Part shown: positions 1-11,316 of the stretch, piece after piece
How the letters are laid out: every line of letters begins with the position of its first letter
Numbering within the stretch: the first letter of the stretch is position 1
Assembly: GCF_021028975.2 (NCBI RefSeq)
Contig: NC_059426.1
Span: 159,216,001 to 159,280,000 of the forward strand
Source of the DNA: Sphaerodactylus townsendi
Lineage: Eukaryota
Reading direction: 5' to 3'
DNA: 64,000 nucleotides
Notes under the pieces: model-generated
Databases searched by the model: none
Told to the model about the DNA's origin: nothing
The model's input: only the letters and a program-made list of their open reading frames with translations
Program-made: the position numbers and the translations under genes

Positions 1-2729
1 AAGGCTTTCAGGAAACTGCTTCAGCTACAACCTTGCTGAATCTTCAAATAAAGAAAAAAACGTCTGGCAGGTATTCTACCTGTAGGTATTACAACTCTAA
101 AAACTGGTGAAGCCAACCTAAATAAAACATGGTGCAGAATGTATCTATGGAAAGTAGACTTAGACGACCGCACATCTTCTAATGTGAGTCTGTTCCCATG
201 TTTAATACTATACAGCAACACAGGCACACATTTAGAAGAACGTGACAGTTAAGAAATAACAGGTATATCCTCCAGCATATTACTGTTAAGAAATTTCTTT
301 TTAAAAAATCCAGGTCACATTCCATCATTAGGTAGACTGAAATTAGATGGAATCCCTTTGGAAGCAGAAAGAGATGCAAGAGCAAACATTACGTAACTGT
401 TCTTCAGGTTATAACCAGCTAAGTCTCCAACTGTTCCTCAACGCGTTTCTAACTTCTTTCAAAGTCCACGCTAGGATCAAAATTAATTATTTATGGAGTA
501 CAAGAGCCAAAGAAGATTTACGATTGTCGAAGGAAAAGAGTGGCTTTTAACATTCCCAGCTCGTTTACGACACCTAAGCCAGTTTCACGGCATAAAAGCT
601 TATTCAGAGATGTAATCTAAAAGTGTTCCTGACATGTTCAACTAGTCTGCTACTATTCCTTTGCAGAGAGCAACAGTGTATTATATTTTGCACAGACTGC
701 CAAGAGTTGAAAGCAATACCTAAGTCAGAGGCAATGCTTGGGAGTATGGAGTAGAGCTTGAATCCATACAGAAGAAGCCTTTGGATTCTCAAAAACCAAA
801 AGGAGGACACAGTAACCAAGGAAACTCTAAAAGAAAGCAGGTTAATTAAGCAGAAGACATGGCCTCCAATATTTTTCCTGTTTCCTAAGAATATAACTGC
901 CCCACTAAATTGAACCCAAAATCTCATGTAGCCCAGCTCTCAGTGGGAGACGGGCAGATGCCCTTGAGAATCTCAAAGCAGAACACGTTACGTCATTTCT
1001 CGCTAGTCTCCAGAATTTGACAGAGATGTGCTGCCAATGAATATGGAAGCCAACTGCCAGTAATCTGAATCTGTGTTGTACTTTTATCATTTCTGTATGT
1101 TGCGTGCTGTATTTCTGTAGATGGGTGCTGCACTTATTGCAAAGCATGAAAGGATTTAGGTGTCAGATCCCCAAGAATTGAAACAAACTCCATGTATAGA
1201 ACAGTAGTTTATTCATCCAGCTTGGAAAAGCCAGAATAGGGCTTTTCCCGCACAACGAACAGTAATAAGAACCAGCCTCCCCGCCCCCCCATGAGAAGAG
1301 AAGAAGAAATGCAGACAGCAAGATAACAGCGTGGCCTTGGCCAGCACCTGCAGATGCCAAGCCAAAGCAGAATATTCCCAACCCCCAACACCAGTAAATA
1401 CAGTAACTCTAAGCCTGTCCCAAAAGCTCCAACTACTAGGCATCCTGACATTAGGCCAACGCCAACAGAAAGTATGTGTTGCAATCTCCCTAATTTAGCA
1501 CTTGGGCTGATGTAACTGATACAGTGACGAAGCTCTTCCTTCATATTCCTTTCACCAAGGAAGTAGACGTTCGCCACACAATGATTTCGCCAGAAGTTTT
1601 ATCTTGCAAAGATTCTACTGGTGTTAGCTATCACAGCAGCTTTGCCTGCCACTCAAAGCAGCACTTCCCGGAACAACTTAAAACTGGGCAAAAATGAGCT
1701 TGGGTAGAAAAGTCTTCTTCAAATCTCAAAGAATAGGATCCTCTCATATTAAGCCAATACACTAGAGGTGCACCTCGTCTTGGTTAAGTACAGTGTATGG
1801 CAGTTATGTTGGTGTTATAACTTTTACATATTAATGTTTTTAAATACTGTATGGTAGCCTGAGCGCTCATTAGAAGGCTAAGATAGAAACTGATTAAAAA
1901 ATAAGCTTCATGCTTCAAAGCTGTAGGTAATCCAAAATCAACATTTAAAATAAATGGGAAATTTGATATTAATGGCAGTATTTCCAAGCGGGTCTCTTAG
2001 ACAGGGAGCATAGACATTTGTTAAATAAAATCTTATTATAGCCATAGTACTGCAATGCAAAGTCAAATATCTGAATGTCCTTCTAATATTAACTTCTTAA
2101 CATAAAAGGTGTTTTGCTGATCTTGCATAGAAGAAAGTCTTAAAGATCATTAATTAGCGGGTACCCCTTGAGCCAGCACGGTGTAGTGGTTAGAGCACTG
2201 GACTAGGCCCTCGGAAATGAAGGGAAATCTCCAGAGACAGCCTGAATGAAAAATCAGATAGCTAACATATTACCATGTTAGAACCAGTACATGCTACAGG
2301 TACCTCCAGAACGAAGAACAATAGGTTAAAAGCAGATGGCTTAAGGGATCCAGTTACACCATTTGCTATTAAACAAAACAGTTCCAAAAAATCATCACAT
2401 TTAGCAGCATGTGTGTGTCAATTTTTTTACACCTGCTTGGTGCTGTATGTGCACATCAAGCTGGGCTGAAAGATGTAAATGGAACAAAGATGTCACCAAG
2501 TGTGAAAAAGAATCTATGTTAAAAGCTGACATCGCCAAACTTCAGCTAAAGATGCAGTTCTGTTACCACAACGGTGAGAAGGCAGCAGATACACTGATCT
2601 TCTATCATCACAAAAATACAGTAGCTGAGAACCGATAAATGTGGTCAAGGGGATCCTGGCAATGAAATACATCAGAGTTACCCAGATACACCATTCCCCA
2701 GAGCTCTATCCAGATGATGATATAAATAA

Positions 2730-3300
2730 AATACATACATACATAAAACCTTTATTAGGCATAATACCAATAACAACCAGCAATATCCAGACAAGTGTTC
2801 CATACATAAAACCGTCACAGGTATTATTCCACAATTCCTAAAAGAAACCTAGCTACATAAGTTAAAATCACAGAAGAGGAGTTGTTTAGTACAAATATAA
2901 CCTTCCCAGCAGCGGAGTATTCCTTAAACTTGACAGGAACAAGAGCCAAGAGCCTGGTCCTAGCTTCCTCGTATTTAGGATAGTCGAGCATTATATGTTC
3001 CATGGATTGCACCACTGTAATACAGTGGGAACATTTCCGCTCTTGCGAGTCAATTTTAAGAAACCTCCCTTGAAGTACGGAACAAGGGAAGGAATTACAA
3101 CGAGCCCTAGTGTATATCCATCTAAGCTTGGGCTCTTGGAGTATACTCAAATAGTCTACCATCTGGTTGGTTTTAAATTTGATGTTGAAGAAGAGGGGGA
3201 GATAAATAAAATAAAGAAATGTAGCAAGGTGACAAAAAAAGGCACTGTGAAGGAAAGCAAAACATGAATTCCTCAAAAGGGACCGTGATAAAAGTATTGA
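2730..3300 (-). mobile_element. 5'-truncated non-LTR retrotransposon 3' end (RTE-X-like ORF2 C-terminus)
   Basis: ORF 2824-3276(-) has a LINE C-terminal zinc-knuckle-like segment (ARCNSFPCSVLQGRF...RKCSHC...MEHIMLDYP). It ends in AATAAAGGT plus a (TATG)n tail on the minus strand. Confidence 0.65.
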
Positions 3301-4132
3301 TTCAGAATGAAAAGTTTAAGAAAATAAACAAACTCAACGATGCCCTAGAAATATGGCTATTGCAGGTAAAAGCCAAAAATGGAAACTTTAAGTTGTTTTG
3401 AAAAAAAAGGAATAGTTTCCAGTGTTTAGACGATGAAAGCAAGAATCCAATACAGGAAAAACTTATGCTCAAACAAGAATTAAACAAAAACCTTCATCTT
3501 CACCCCTAATGTAACGGAAACATAGAAATGAAACTACCATACACACAAATATGACCCATAGGGTCAGAACTACGAACTTTATCTGAAATAGTAGGTTCTG
3601 AAGACGGATCTCTTAAGAAGCCAAAACAGAGCTGGACAATATGAAGTTTGGCAAAGGAAGAAAACAGACACTAAGATCTGGTTAGGATGATCACTCCCAC
3701 AAGGTCTATGGAAAGGGGCAGCAAAGTGAAGAAATCACTGAAAAAGATGACTTTGGTGTCAGTAATAACCAACAAAATCATAGGTTAATTCAGGTGACTT
3801 GAACTTGAAAACCAATTAAGTTAAAAGTGAAGAGACAGAAGCAAAATGACAAATATTAAGACTAGTGTAGAAGTAAGGTTCTACAAGGCAGTTAAGAAAA
3901 CTGAACTGCACAGCAAGGGATGACGGGTAACTCAGCATGGACCCCATGGGAAAGGATTACTGAAGAAAACATGCCAAGGTGAAACTAAAAAAGTAGATTG
4001 GGAGATTTTATGGGACAGCAGCCGCTTGTGTTAAGGAACAGTGAAAATTTGGACACGAGGAAAAATGACAAAGAGGCGAAAGGTAATGTCATGAGGAGCA
4101 GTCACTTGGACAGAAAAACTATGAAAGCAGTT

Positions 4133-4339
4133 TATTGTCGAAGGCTTTCACAGCCAGAATCACTAGGATGTTGTGGGTTTTCTGGGTTGTATGGCCGTGT
4201 TCCAGTATCATTTTCTCCAGATGTTTCACCTGCATCTTCAGAGGATCCTCTAAAGATGCCAGCCACAGATGCAGGTGAAACATCAGGAGAAAATGATACT
4301 TGAACATGACAATACAACATGGAAAACCCACCACACCCT
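4133..4339. mobile_element. Penelope-derived fold-back element (degenerate)
   Basis: TATTGTCGAAGGCTTTCAC tail, inverted arms around GAGGATCCTC, near-perfect 13-bp TSD TATGA(A/T)AGCAGTT at 4120-4132 and 4340-4352. Confidence 0.8.
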
Positions 4340-4936
4340 TATGATAGCAGTTATTGCTTGATAACAACAACAGAGAGAACGGGTAGAATGAGCCAGAACA
4401 CTGGACAGAACAAGTGAGGGACAGAAGCCTCAAGATGAGCATGGATCAGGGGAAAAGCTTGTCCAACACAAATGTGCGTGGGGGGGGGGGGGATGCAGTG
4501 AAGGATATTCTTAGAAATTAAGGTCTTAGTTGGAAAAGTAAGGATAAAAATATTATTCATTTTCATTTAAAAGGATCTGTATGAAAACCACATTCTTCAA
4601 CAAGTTAATAACACACAAAAATGTGCACACTTGACTCTCTGTAAGGAAGACTACAAGCAGCATACATAATTAATAAACAAAGTGACCCATGGAGGTGGGG
4701 AGACGGCTGGAAAACAGCAGTGCGGCAACCAGGACTGAAATTTTAAGCCTGCTCGTTCAGGAACACGTTCTATCAGTAACACAACCTACACAACAGTCAA
4801 CATGAATGCAGGGTCTAAGTTTGTGTCATGCCCAATCATTTCCACTGTTACTTTGGCAGTACTTTCCACAGGCAATTTATAGCACTACACATTACTGGAC
4901 TGTAATTTTGTAAAAAAATAAATTAATATGTAAATA

Positions 4937-5239
4937 TTGTCTAAGGCTTTCACAGCCGGATTCAACTGGTTATGGTGGGTTTTCTAGGCTGTGTGGCCGT
5001 GGTCTGGTGGATTTTGTTCATAACGTTTCGCCTGCACCGGTGGCTGGCATCTTCAGAGGTGTATCACAGAGAAAAGTCTGTTTCACACTGTGTCTTTCCC
5101 TTCTCACTTAGACACAGTGTGAAACAGACTTCCCTCTGTGATACACCTCTAAAGATGCTAGCCACCGATGCAGGCGAAACGTTAGGAACAAAATCCACCA
5201 GACCACGGCCACACAGCCCGGAAAACCCACCAGAACCAG
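4937..5239. mobile_element. Penelope-derived fold-back element
   Basis: About 130-bp inverted arms with a 14-nt loop. 12-bp TSD AATATGTAAATA at 4925-4936 and 5240-5251. Confidence 0.85.
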
Positions 5240-5764
5240 AATATGTAAATAATTATTTTTTTTTGGGGGGGGGGGGATGCAATTTCCCAATTTTTGACAT
5301 GCGAGCCCAAAAGAGAAGCTGCAAGAGTACGGAAGCCCTAGACTCGAGTATCACCTTCCCTCCACCATCACCTTCATACAGTGAGACCAGATCGCGGCAG
5401 AAGCGCCAGCAGCAGCAGCAGAGCAACATGAGGGGCGTAACCTGGATTAACAGACACGTGTTATGATCGTGTGAATAGGGTGGAACGGGGGAAAGGAAAC
5501 AGAGGGGCGAGGCAGCCCGTTGACACCGAGCACGGCCCCCCGAAGGCGCCGGGCCTCTGGCTCTCCTCCGTCCAGGCAGACTGTAATGGCCCCCCGCAAC
5601 AGATGGAGAGGAGAAGGGAGGGGACAGGGCTCAGGCCCGGACCAGTGCCCCTCCCCTTCTGAGGGGAGGCGTGCGCGTGAGGAAAACGGAAGGAGCCCCT
5701 CCCCCATTTACCTTTCAACGACGACAAGGCGGGCCCTCCCCGCCCCAAATACAGTTCCTCTCAC

Positions 5765-5900
5765 CGGACGGCCCTGCCCGGGATGGGGGGAGGGGAAGGG
5801 GGAGAGGCAGTGGCGGCGGCGGCGGCGGCAGCGAAGTCAACCCCAACCCCGCCGCGCACGCTCCCTGCTTGGCCCCAACCACTCCTCTTGTCAGTCTGCG
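5765..5900 (-). other. SETD3: Probable non-coding first exon of the divergent gene (SETD3 by synteny)
   Basis: Minus-strand donor CCG|GTGAGA at 5764 (alternative AAG|GTAAAT at 5711) and a (GCC)6 tract at 5812-5829. The gene name is inferred only from the recalled vertebrate order SETD3-CCNK-CCDC85C. No SETD3 coding sequence was seen. The start is approximate. Confidence 0.45.
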
Positions 5901-6439
5901 CTTCCGACGCGGCCATTGGATGCCACCCCTTCTCTCGCACTCGGGCGGCCGACCAATCCCAGTCGCCGTCGCCACCTCCTCAGTCTTTCCCACCTATGGC
6001 CAAACAGGGAGAGAGGCGGAGGAAAGCAAACACACCCGAAGAGAGAGTGTAGATGCGTATGAGACTTCTGATTGGTCGAAACCACCGCTCTACCTGTCCA
6101 CCCTCTCCCACCCTCTCCGACGATTCTCTTTGCTGATTGGCTGAGGTGAACCACCCAGCGGACGGTTTGTTCATTCGGGGACGCCCTATTCTGAGGAGGG
6201 ACAGTTTCCAGATCAAAGCAAACGTAGGCCCACCCTATTTCCATTCCTCCTCCCTCATTGGGCCCAGAAGGGGTGGGGCTTAGCCGTTCGAGGCTTGGCT
6301 TGTGATTCGTCAGATCAGTTGGGATTTCTCAACGCGCGCGTGAGTCTGTGATCTCGCGGGGCCCGCGCACCACAGGCCCGCGCCTCCTTTTCCTTTCGTG
6401 CGTCGACGTGATGACGTTGACAAACGGTTTTCAACCTCG

Positions 6440-6532
6440 GCTCTCCCAAGATGGCGCCGCGCAGGAGGTGTCGCTGACGGGTTTACCAGGGACTCTGGCG
6501 CCGGTGTTGCTTTTGTGAGTGTCCCGGGAGAG
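6440..6532 (+). other. CCNK: CCNK exon 1 (5'UTR), start approximate
   Basis: Right edge of the CpG island, YY1 motif, strong donor GAG|GTAAGG at 6533 (alternative GTGAGT at 6515). Confidence 0.7.
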
Positions 6533-6679
6533 GTAAGGAATCGAAGAAATGGATGACCGGCCTTTCGTTGCCCAGTGAGCTCCTGAGTGTGTGTGTGTGT
6601 TGGGGGGGGGGGGCAGGCTTTGACGGGAGCTAGCGGCGACGGCAAAGACGGTTGAAGAGAAAGTCCTCTTTGTTTAAAG

Positions 6680-6795
6680 CAGAGGTGTCCAACTCTGGCG
6701 CTTCGGATGTTCGTGGACTACAATTTCCATGCCAGCAGGGGCTGATAGGAATTGTAGTCCATGAATATCTGGAATGCCAGAGTTGGACACCCCTG
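6680..6795. mobile_element. Palindromic hAT (Charlie-like) MITE
   Basis: TIRs CAGAGGTGTCCAACTCTGGC / GCCAGAGTTGGACACCCCTG, 8-bp TSD GTTTAAAG. Confidence 0.9.
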
Positions 6796-7149
6796 GTTTA
6801 AAGCTTTGTGTCAGTGGGTTACCGTTGTTTATTATTATTATTGCTTACTTACTTATTCGACTTAATAAACCGCTCTCCCCCAAAGGACTCAGTTGGAAGG
6901 TTTACCTTCCGTTCATTACCCAGTTTTTCCTTTTTCGCCTCCGCTGTATGATATTTTAGATTACATTCTCCAGGGGCCAAAACTCGTTGTACCCCTATTG
7001 ACACATGTAATATGTAACCTATTGACACATACTGTGGCTCTCGAGATGGTTTACTGTAGTAATAATTGACACTGAAGGAGGGAGGCTCGATTCAGGAAAG
7101 CCCTTCCTGCTGGATGCTGGTAGCAACAAAAGAAAACAGGCTAATTTGA

Positions 7150-7239
7150 CAGCTCAACTGTGCAGAATAGCAAAATCCACTTGCAAACAATTGTGAAAGT
7201 GGATGGAAAGTGCATTATTCTGCATGTGCGGAAGGGGCC
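7150..7239. mobile_element. PIF/Harbinger-like MITE fragment
   Basis: Matches the right half of the element at 52021-52161. Confidence 0.6.
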
Positions 7240-7613
7240 TAAAAGTGAGTGGATAACTGGCTGGTTACTGGTGACTAAATAGCAACGCAGCCTTTGAAGA
7301 CCAGCCAATTTGGTTTTGGTAGAGTCTTTCGGTGAGCTGATAGTTCAGATGCCCAGTGTATGATGGGCTCATGGGCTCATTGTTGAATGTTTTGGTCTGG
7401 TGTAGCGGATTCTGAAGTGTCTGGTCTTATGTGCCTCTTTGCATTCTGTTCAGCATTCATTGAAGTGTGTTTTTTGGTGATGGGAAGGAATCTTTTTTTT
7501 TTATTTGCAGACTGTGTTCTAGTATATCTGGGTTATTCTCCAGTATGTAAAAGCTTCTGCCTTGTCTGTGGTTGGCCCGTTCACCGTTGTTGCTGTTTTA
7601 CTTGCATGTATCC

Positions 7614-7935
7614 TGTGAAGGTATGGGGTAAAGCCCCTATAGCAGAGTAGCACAGTATACTGGAATGCAGTAGGAAGTCAGATGCACACAGCAGCCCAGC
7701 TTCACAGAAGCGGTCCTACTTTTATTAGTTCACAAGTATAGCTCACACAGACAAAGTTCTCCACCAGGCAGTGCGAAGACAAGTGTCTCTCAGACCTCAG
7801 TACACTGCAGCCTTATATCTGGTTTACCAGCCAATCACAGTTCTTTACCAATCAAACCCAGAATGAGGCTGTGTCAGGTGATACCTGTCAGTTAGATTTT
7901 GATGATCAGACACCAGTTTCAACAGTGCTCTGACA
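7614..7935 (-). mobile_element. Putative solo LTR (antisense to CCNK)
   Basis: TG...CA ends with near-TSD TATCC/TGTCC. On the minus strand, CCAAT boxes (7848, 7831), a TATA-like ATATAAG (7812-7818) and AATAAA (7721-7726) occur in LTR order. Confidence 0.55.
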
Positions 7936-8205
7936 TGTCCTTTATTAGCAAGTTTGCTAATAATCAAGTTTATCAAGGGAAATAAATGATCTTGTGCTGT
8001 AACCAACTGGGAGCTTGAGAAGTCTACTTTCCCTAGTTCCTCCCTGCTTGAAACTGACTTGCAGCTTCTCTCCACTGTCGTTGGATAATCCTGCTACAGA
8101 TGCATCAACCTTTATTTGCTGTAACTGGAAATGATCACAAGGAGCACCATCATGCGGAAGCTCTGGCATTTGTTATGAAATTTGCTGTCAGAGCAAACAA
8201 TGATT

Positions 8206-8427
8206 GTATTGTCGAAGGCTTTCACGGCCGGAATCACCGCTTTGCATTTCTAGCCGTTAGTTCTAGCAGCATTCTCTCCTGACGTTTCGCCTGCATCTGT
8301 GGCTGGCATCTTCAGAGGAAGATGCCAGCCACATCTCCTCTGAAGATGCCAGCCACAGATGCAGGCGAAACGTCAGGAGAGAATGCTGCTAGAACACGGC
8401 CATACAGCCCGGAAACCGCACAGCACC
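8206..8427. mobile_element. Penelope-derived fold-back element with hammerhead core
   Basis: 12-bp TSD CAAACAATGATT (8194-8205, 8428-8439), inverted arms, CTGAAGA...GAAACGTC. Confidence 0.85.
8334..8380 (+). ncRNA. Minimal type I hammerhead ribozyme motif (Penelope-type)
   Basis: TCTCCT-CTGAAGA-T-GCC(13 nt)GGC-GAAA-CGTC-AGGAGA. Conserved core boxes, stem I TCTCCT/AGGAGA, stem II GCC/GGC, palindromic ACGT as minimal stem III, GUC cleavage triplet at 8372-8374. Activity not shown. Confidence 0.6.
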
Positions 8428-8512
8428 CAAACAATGATTAATTTTAACCTCTAGAAAATAATAACAGATATTGTGTGTGTGAAGAATGTTAAGGTAGCTT
8501 TTCACAAACTCT

Positions 8513-9190
8513 TGTCAAGTGTATGTTGTGTAGCATATTAACCCTGCGCATATGTTATCAGCGCTTATTTGCACACCCTCCTTCTCAGTCTGAAAGAATG
8601 TATTGCCAGAGTAAAACCATGAGCAAGTCCCATAAAGCACAAACCAAACATAGGAAGCAGTACCACGGTTTGTGTCTTCCAGGGAACCTTGCAAGGTAAA
8701 CATAGCACGGCATCCTACAATGACAACAGCAACAAATGCTTCCACAGGAATCATGCCAACATGATGACAGTAATTCAGATAAGTTAGGCAAGAAGACAAA
8801 GATACCTGTACTGTCTTTTACAGGATATAATTACTGACCGTTAACACCATTCTGACCTATTTGGTCTAAGGCAGCCTGGAAGTTCTAATCAAATCTTCCA
8901 ATTGTCCCCAAAGCACCTGCCCAATACATGACTCATCCTAGCATATCCATGACTCATCCTTTGTAATCCTGAATTATAATTCAAGCAGATGCTGCTCTTC
9001 CTGGTTGTGTTTAGTCTGTTCTGTAGATTGTCCAGTTCCCCCCCCCCCCCCCCCCGCTATTGTACCTAATCTCTTAATAAACTTTGTATTCTGTTCAAAA
9101 TTACGTTTTTGTCCTTTTCCAACTGAATACGTGCTGCTCCCAGCAACCTCTTTAGTTAAATGATGTTGGTTTGCCGTGCACTACACAAGC
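8513..9190 (+). mobile_element. Possible LTR remnant (boundaries uncertain)
   Basis: Starts with TGTCA, then CCAAT (8921), two TGACTCA (8929, 8950), TATAAT (8975) and AATAAA (9076) in LTR order. No clear TSD. Confidence 0.35.
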
Positions 9191-10086
9191 ATACAGGCTA
9201 ATTCCCCCTGTTAATCTGAATGTAAGCTCATATGTTTGTGGGGGTCTGGTAACATATTGTACTAGTAAAAACAGCAAAAGGCAGTTTTTGGCCGCCTGGA
9301 GCAGGCAATCTCAAATATCATACAGGGAAGGCAAAAAAGGAAAAATGGGTGATGGAAAGGAAGGCAAATGGGGGAAGAAGATTTATATAGATTTTGTTGT
9401 AAACCAAATGTTTGACATGAGGGTTTTACATTAAAATATAATTTTGGAAGGAGGTAAAGATTTGTGTAAGGTAGTTCTTGTATTGTAAATAGCCAATAAC
9501 AGTGTTTGCAGGAACTCTGTTAACCTGCCAAAGTGTTACCCTGAAAAGGCATTTCTAGTATATTTTGCAGATGAGGTTTCAGGCATCATTCCTGGTTTCA
9601 TACTAACATAGGTGGCAATCTATAAATTTCTGTTTGCTTTTGAAGTTTTCCTTACTGTCAGATCACCCACCTATACAGGAACTAAGGGGACAAACTGTGA
9701 GTGCTCTCCATGGGAACAAGCATTTTACTAATTATTTGTCACTTCCTGGAGGGATAGGAATAGAGCTGGAATATGTAGTTTTTGAAATACTCAAAATAAA
9801 CATAATGTGCTAATGTCTAGAAATGTAGGAGACATACTTTGGAGTTTTTGAGTCTCAGAAAAAGCACATTTTCTGTTTGCTTCCAACCTGGCTTTACAAA
9901 GGATTAAGTTAATAAAATAATTTTGTTTTAGTTAGGATATAATTCGATGTGAAACATCTGTAGAAAGAAAATCTTGTAATGTCAAAAATGTAATTTTCTG
10001 AATGCTACCTCCCCAGGCTTTAAACTTGCCATATGAAGCGCAACCCTTGGACTATTGATCAGGGAACAACAGCTCTGCATCAAGAA

Positions 10087-10283
10087 ATGAAGGAGAATAA
10101 AGAAAACTCCAGTCCTTCTGTAGCTTCGGGAAACTTGGATCATACAAAGCCATGCTGGTACTGGGATAAAAAAGACTTGGCTCATACACCATCACAGTTA
10201 GAAGGACTTGATCCAGCTACTGAAGCAAGATACCGCAGAGAAGGTGCCCGGTTTATATTTGATGTAGGAACCCGCTTGGGACT
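10087..10283 (+). CDS. CCNK: Cyclin K, exon 2 coding part (exon probably begins at 10017)
   Basis: [66 protein letters not shown] matches the cyclin K N-terminus. 197 nt. Confidence 0.97.
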
Positions 10284-10879
10284 GTATCCTTTGATTTGTG
10301 CAATGTACTGATTGAATTTATGTTCAGTTTAACACTTTATTTCTTAACAAAACTACATAGTATTTTGTATTGGGTTTTATTAGTGACCTCCTCTGGTATA
10401 TTTTTAATCAATGAAGGATGCACATTCTTAGCTTACATTGTAACTGCCTGCAAAGACAAATATTTCACAATGTAAACGTTGTTTTAAGTAGGATCCTGCA
10501 CAATTGCAGCATCTTGTGGAACTCTGCAATCCTGTACTCACTTGCCTGAGAGTAAATCCTGTTGAACTTAATGGCATTTATTCCCAAGTGTACTTATTTT
10601 AGTTTGTTCCCTCAGTTAAATAAGTGTCTCAGTCAATCTGATAGATTATAATGTAAGGTTACAGGTATCTGCAAAGAAGGCACTTATTATCAGGGTCCTG
10701 AAAAGAGTATATTAACTCCGTAGTTATTTTTACAGATATGCTTAAGCATATACTAAACATTATTACAAATTTGAATCACTCTGCAGAGGTTTTTGATGCA
10801 TTGTTCACTTCCATGAGAAGTTAGTATTTGTAGTTTGGATTTTAAAATAATTTGTAGAAATCCTTATTGGCTGATCCAG
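10284..10879 (+). other. CCNK: U12-type (minor spliceosome) GT-AG intron, CCNK intron 2
   Basis: 5' splice site GTATCCTTT is the U12 consensus. Branch-site-like TCCTTAT at 10861-10867 lies close to the AG (10878-10879), with no polypyrimidine tract. Confidence 0.9.
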
Positions 10880-10961
10880 ACATTATGATACGCTGGCAAC
10901 TGGAATAATTTATTTTCATCGATTTTATATGTTCCACTCCTTCAAACAGTTCCCAAGATAT
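10880..10961 (+). CDS. CCNK: Cyclin K exon 3
   Basis: [27 protein letters not shown], 82 nt, donor GTAAGT. Confidence 0.97.
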
Positions 10962-11316
10962 GTAAGTATAAATGAGTTGCCATTGCATGAAAAGTATTTT
11001 GCATTGTGACATTCAATTTTGTATGTTGAATTTGGTAGATGTGTTTCCATTTCAATGGTCTTTGGGTGTGAATAGTGTTTGGGTGGCACCGTCTGTCACA
11101 CAAGAAATTTCCTTTTTGGGTGATTTTACTTACAACCTTTGTGCACAAGTGTGCCACTTTGGATTTAAGGCAGGAGGAGATTTCTACAGGTCTGAGAGGA
11201 AAAAGTCTCATGAATATTTTTTTAAATAAAATGTTTGTCACAGTGGACTTTTGTCTGCTCTGGTAAGGCAGATCTTCTGGTAATATTTAAATAGCTGCTT
11301 ACTGTATCCTATATTA

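Larger units (their letters stand above)
5380..6650. promoter_or_regulatory. CpG-island bidirectional promoter (CCNK and a leftward gene)
   Basis: CpG-rich island. CCAAT/ATTGG at 5915, 5953, 6071, 6136 and 6257. GC box at 6271, TCTCGCG at 6352, TGACGT half-CRE at 6412, YY1-type CAAGATGGCG at 6447-6456. Splice donors point outward on both strands. Confidence 0.85.

Noticed and set aside
1-5400. SETD3 coding exons
   Set aside because: No SETD3-like peptide (e.g. MGKKSRVK) was recognised on the minus strand. The region looks intronic.
4972-5466. Recurrent short ORFs such as MPATDAGETSGEN or MQAKRQERMLLEHGH
   Set aside because: Translations of the non-coding Penelope fold-back repeat, not a gene family.
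5447-6645. Many overlapping 60-180 aa ORFs on both strands
   Set aside because: A by-product of the stop-poor CpG island. Low-complexity translations with no recognisable protein.
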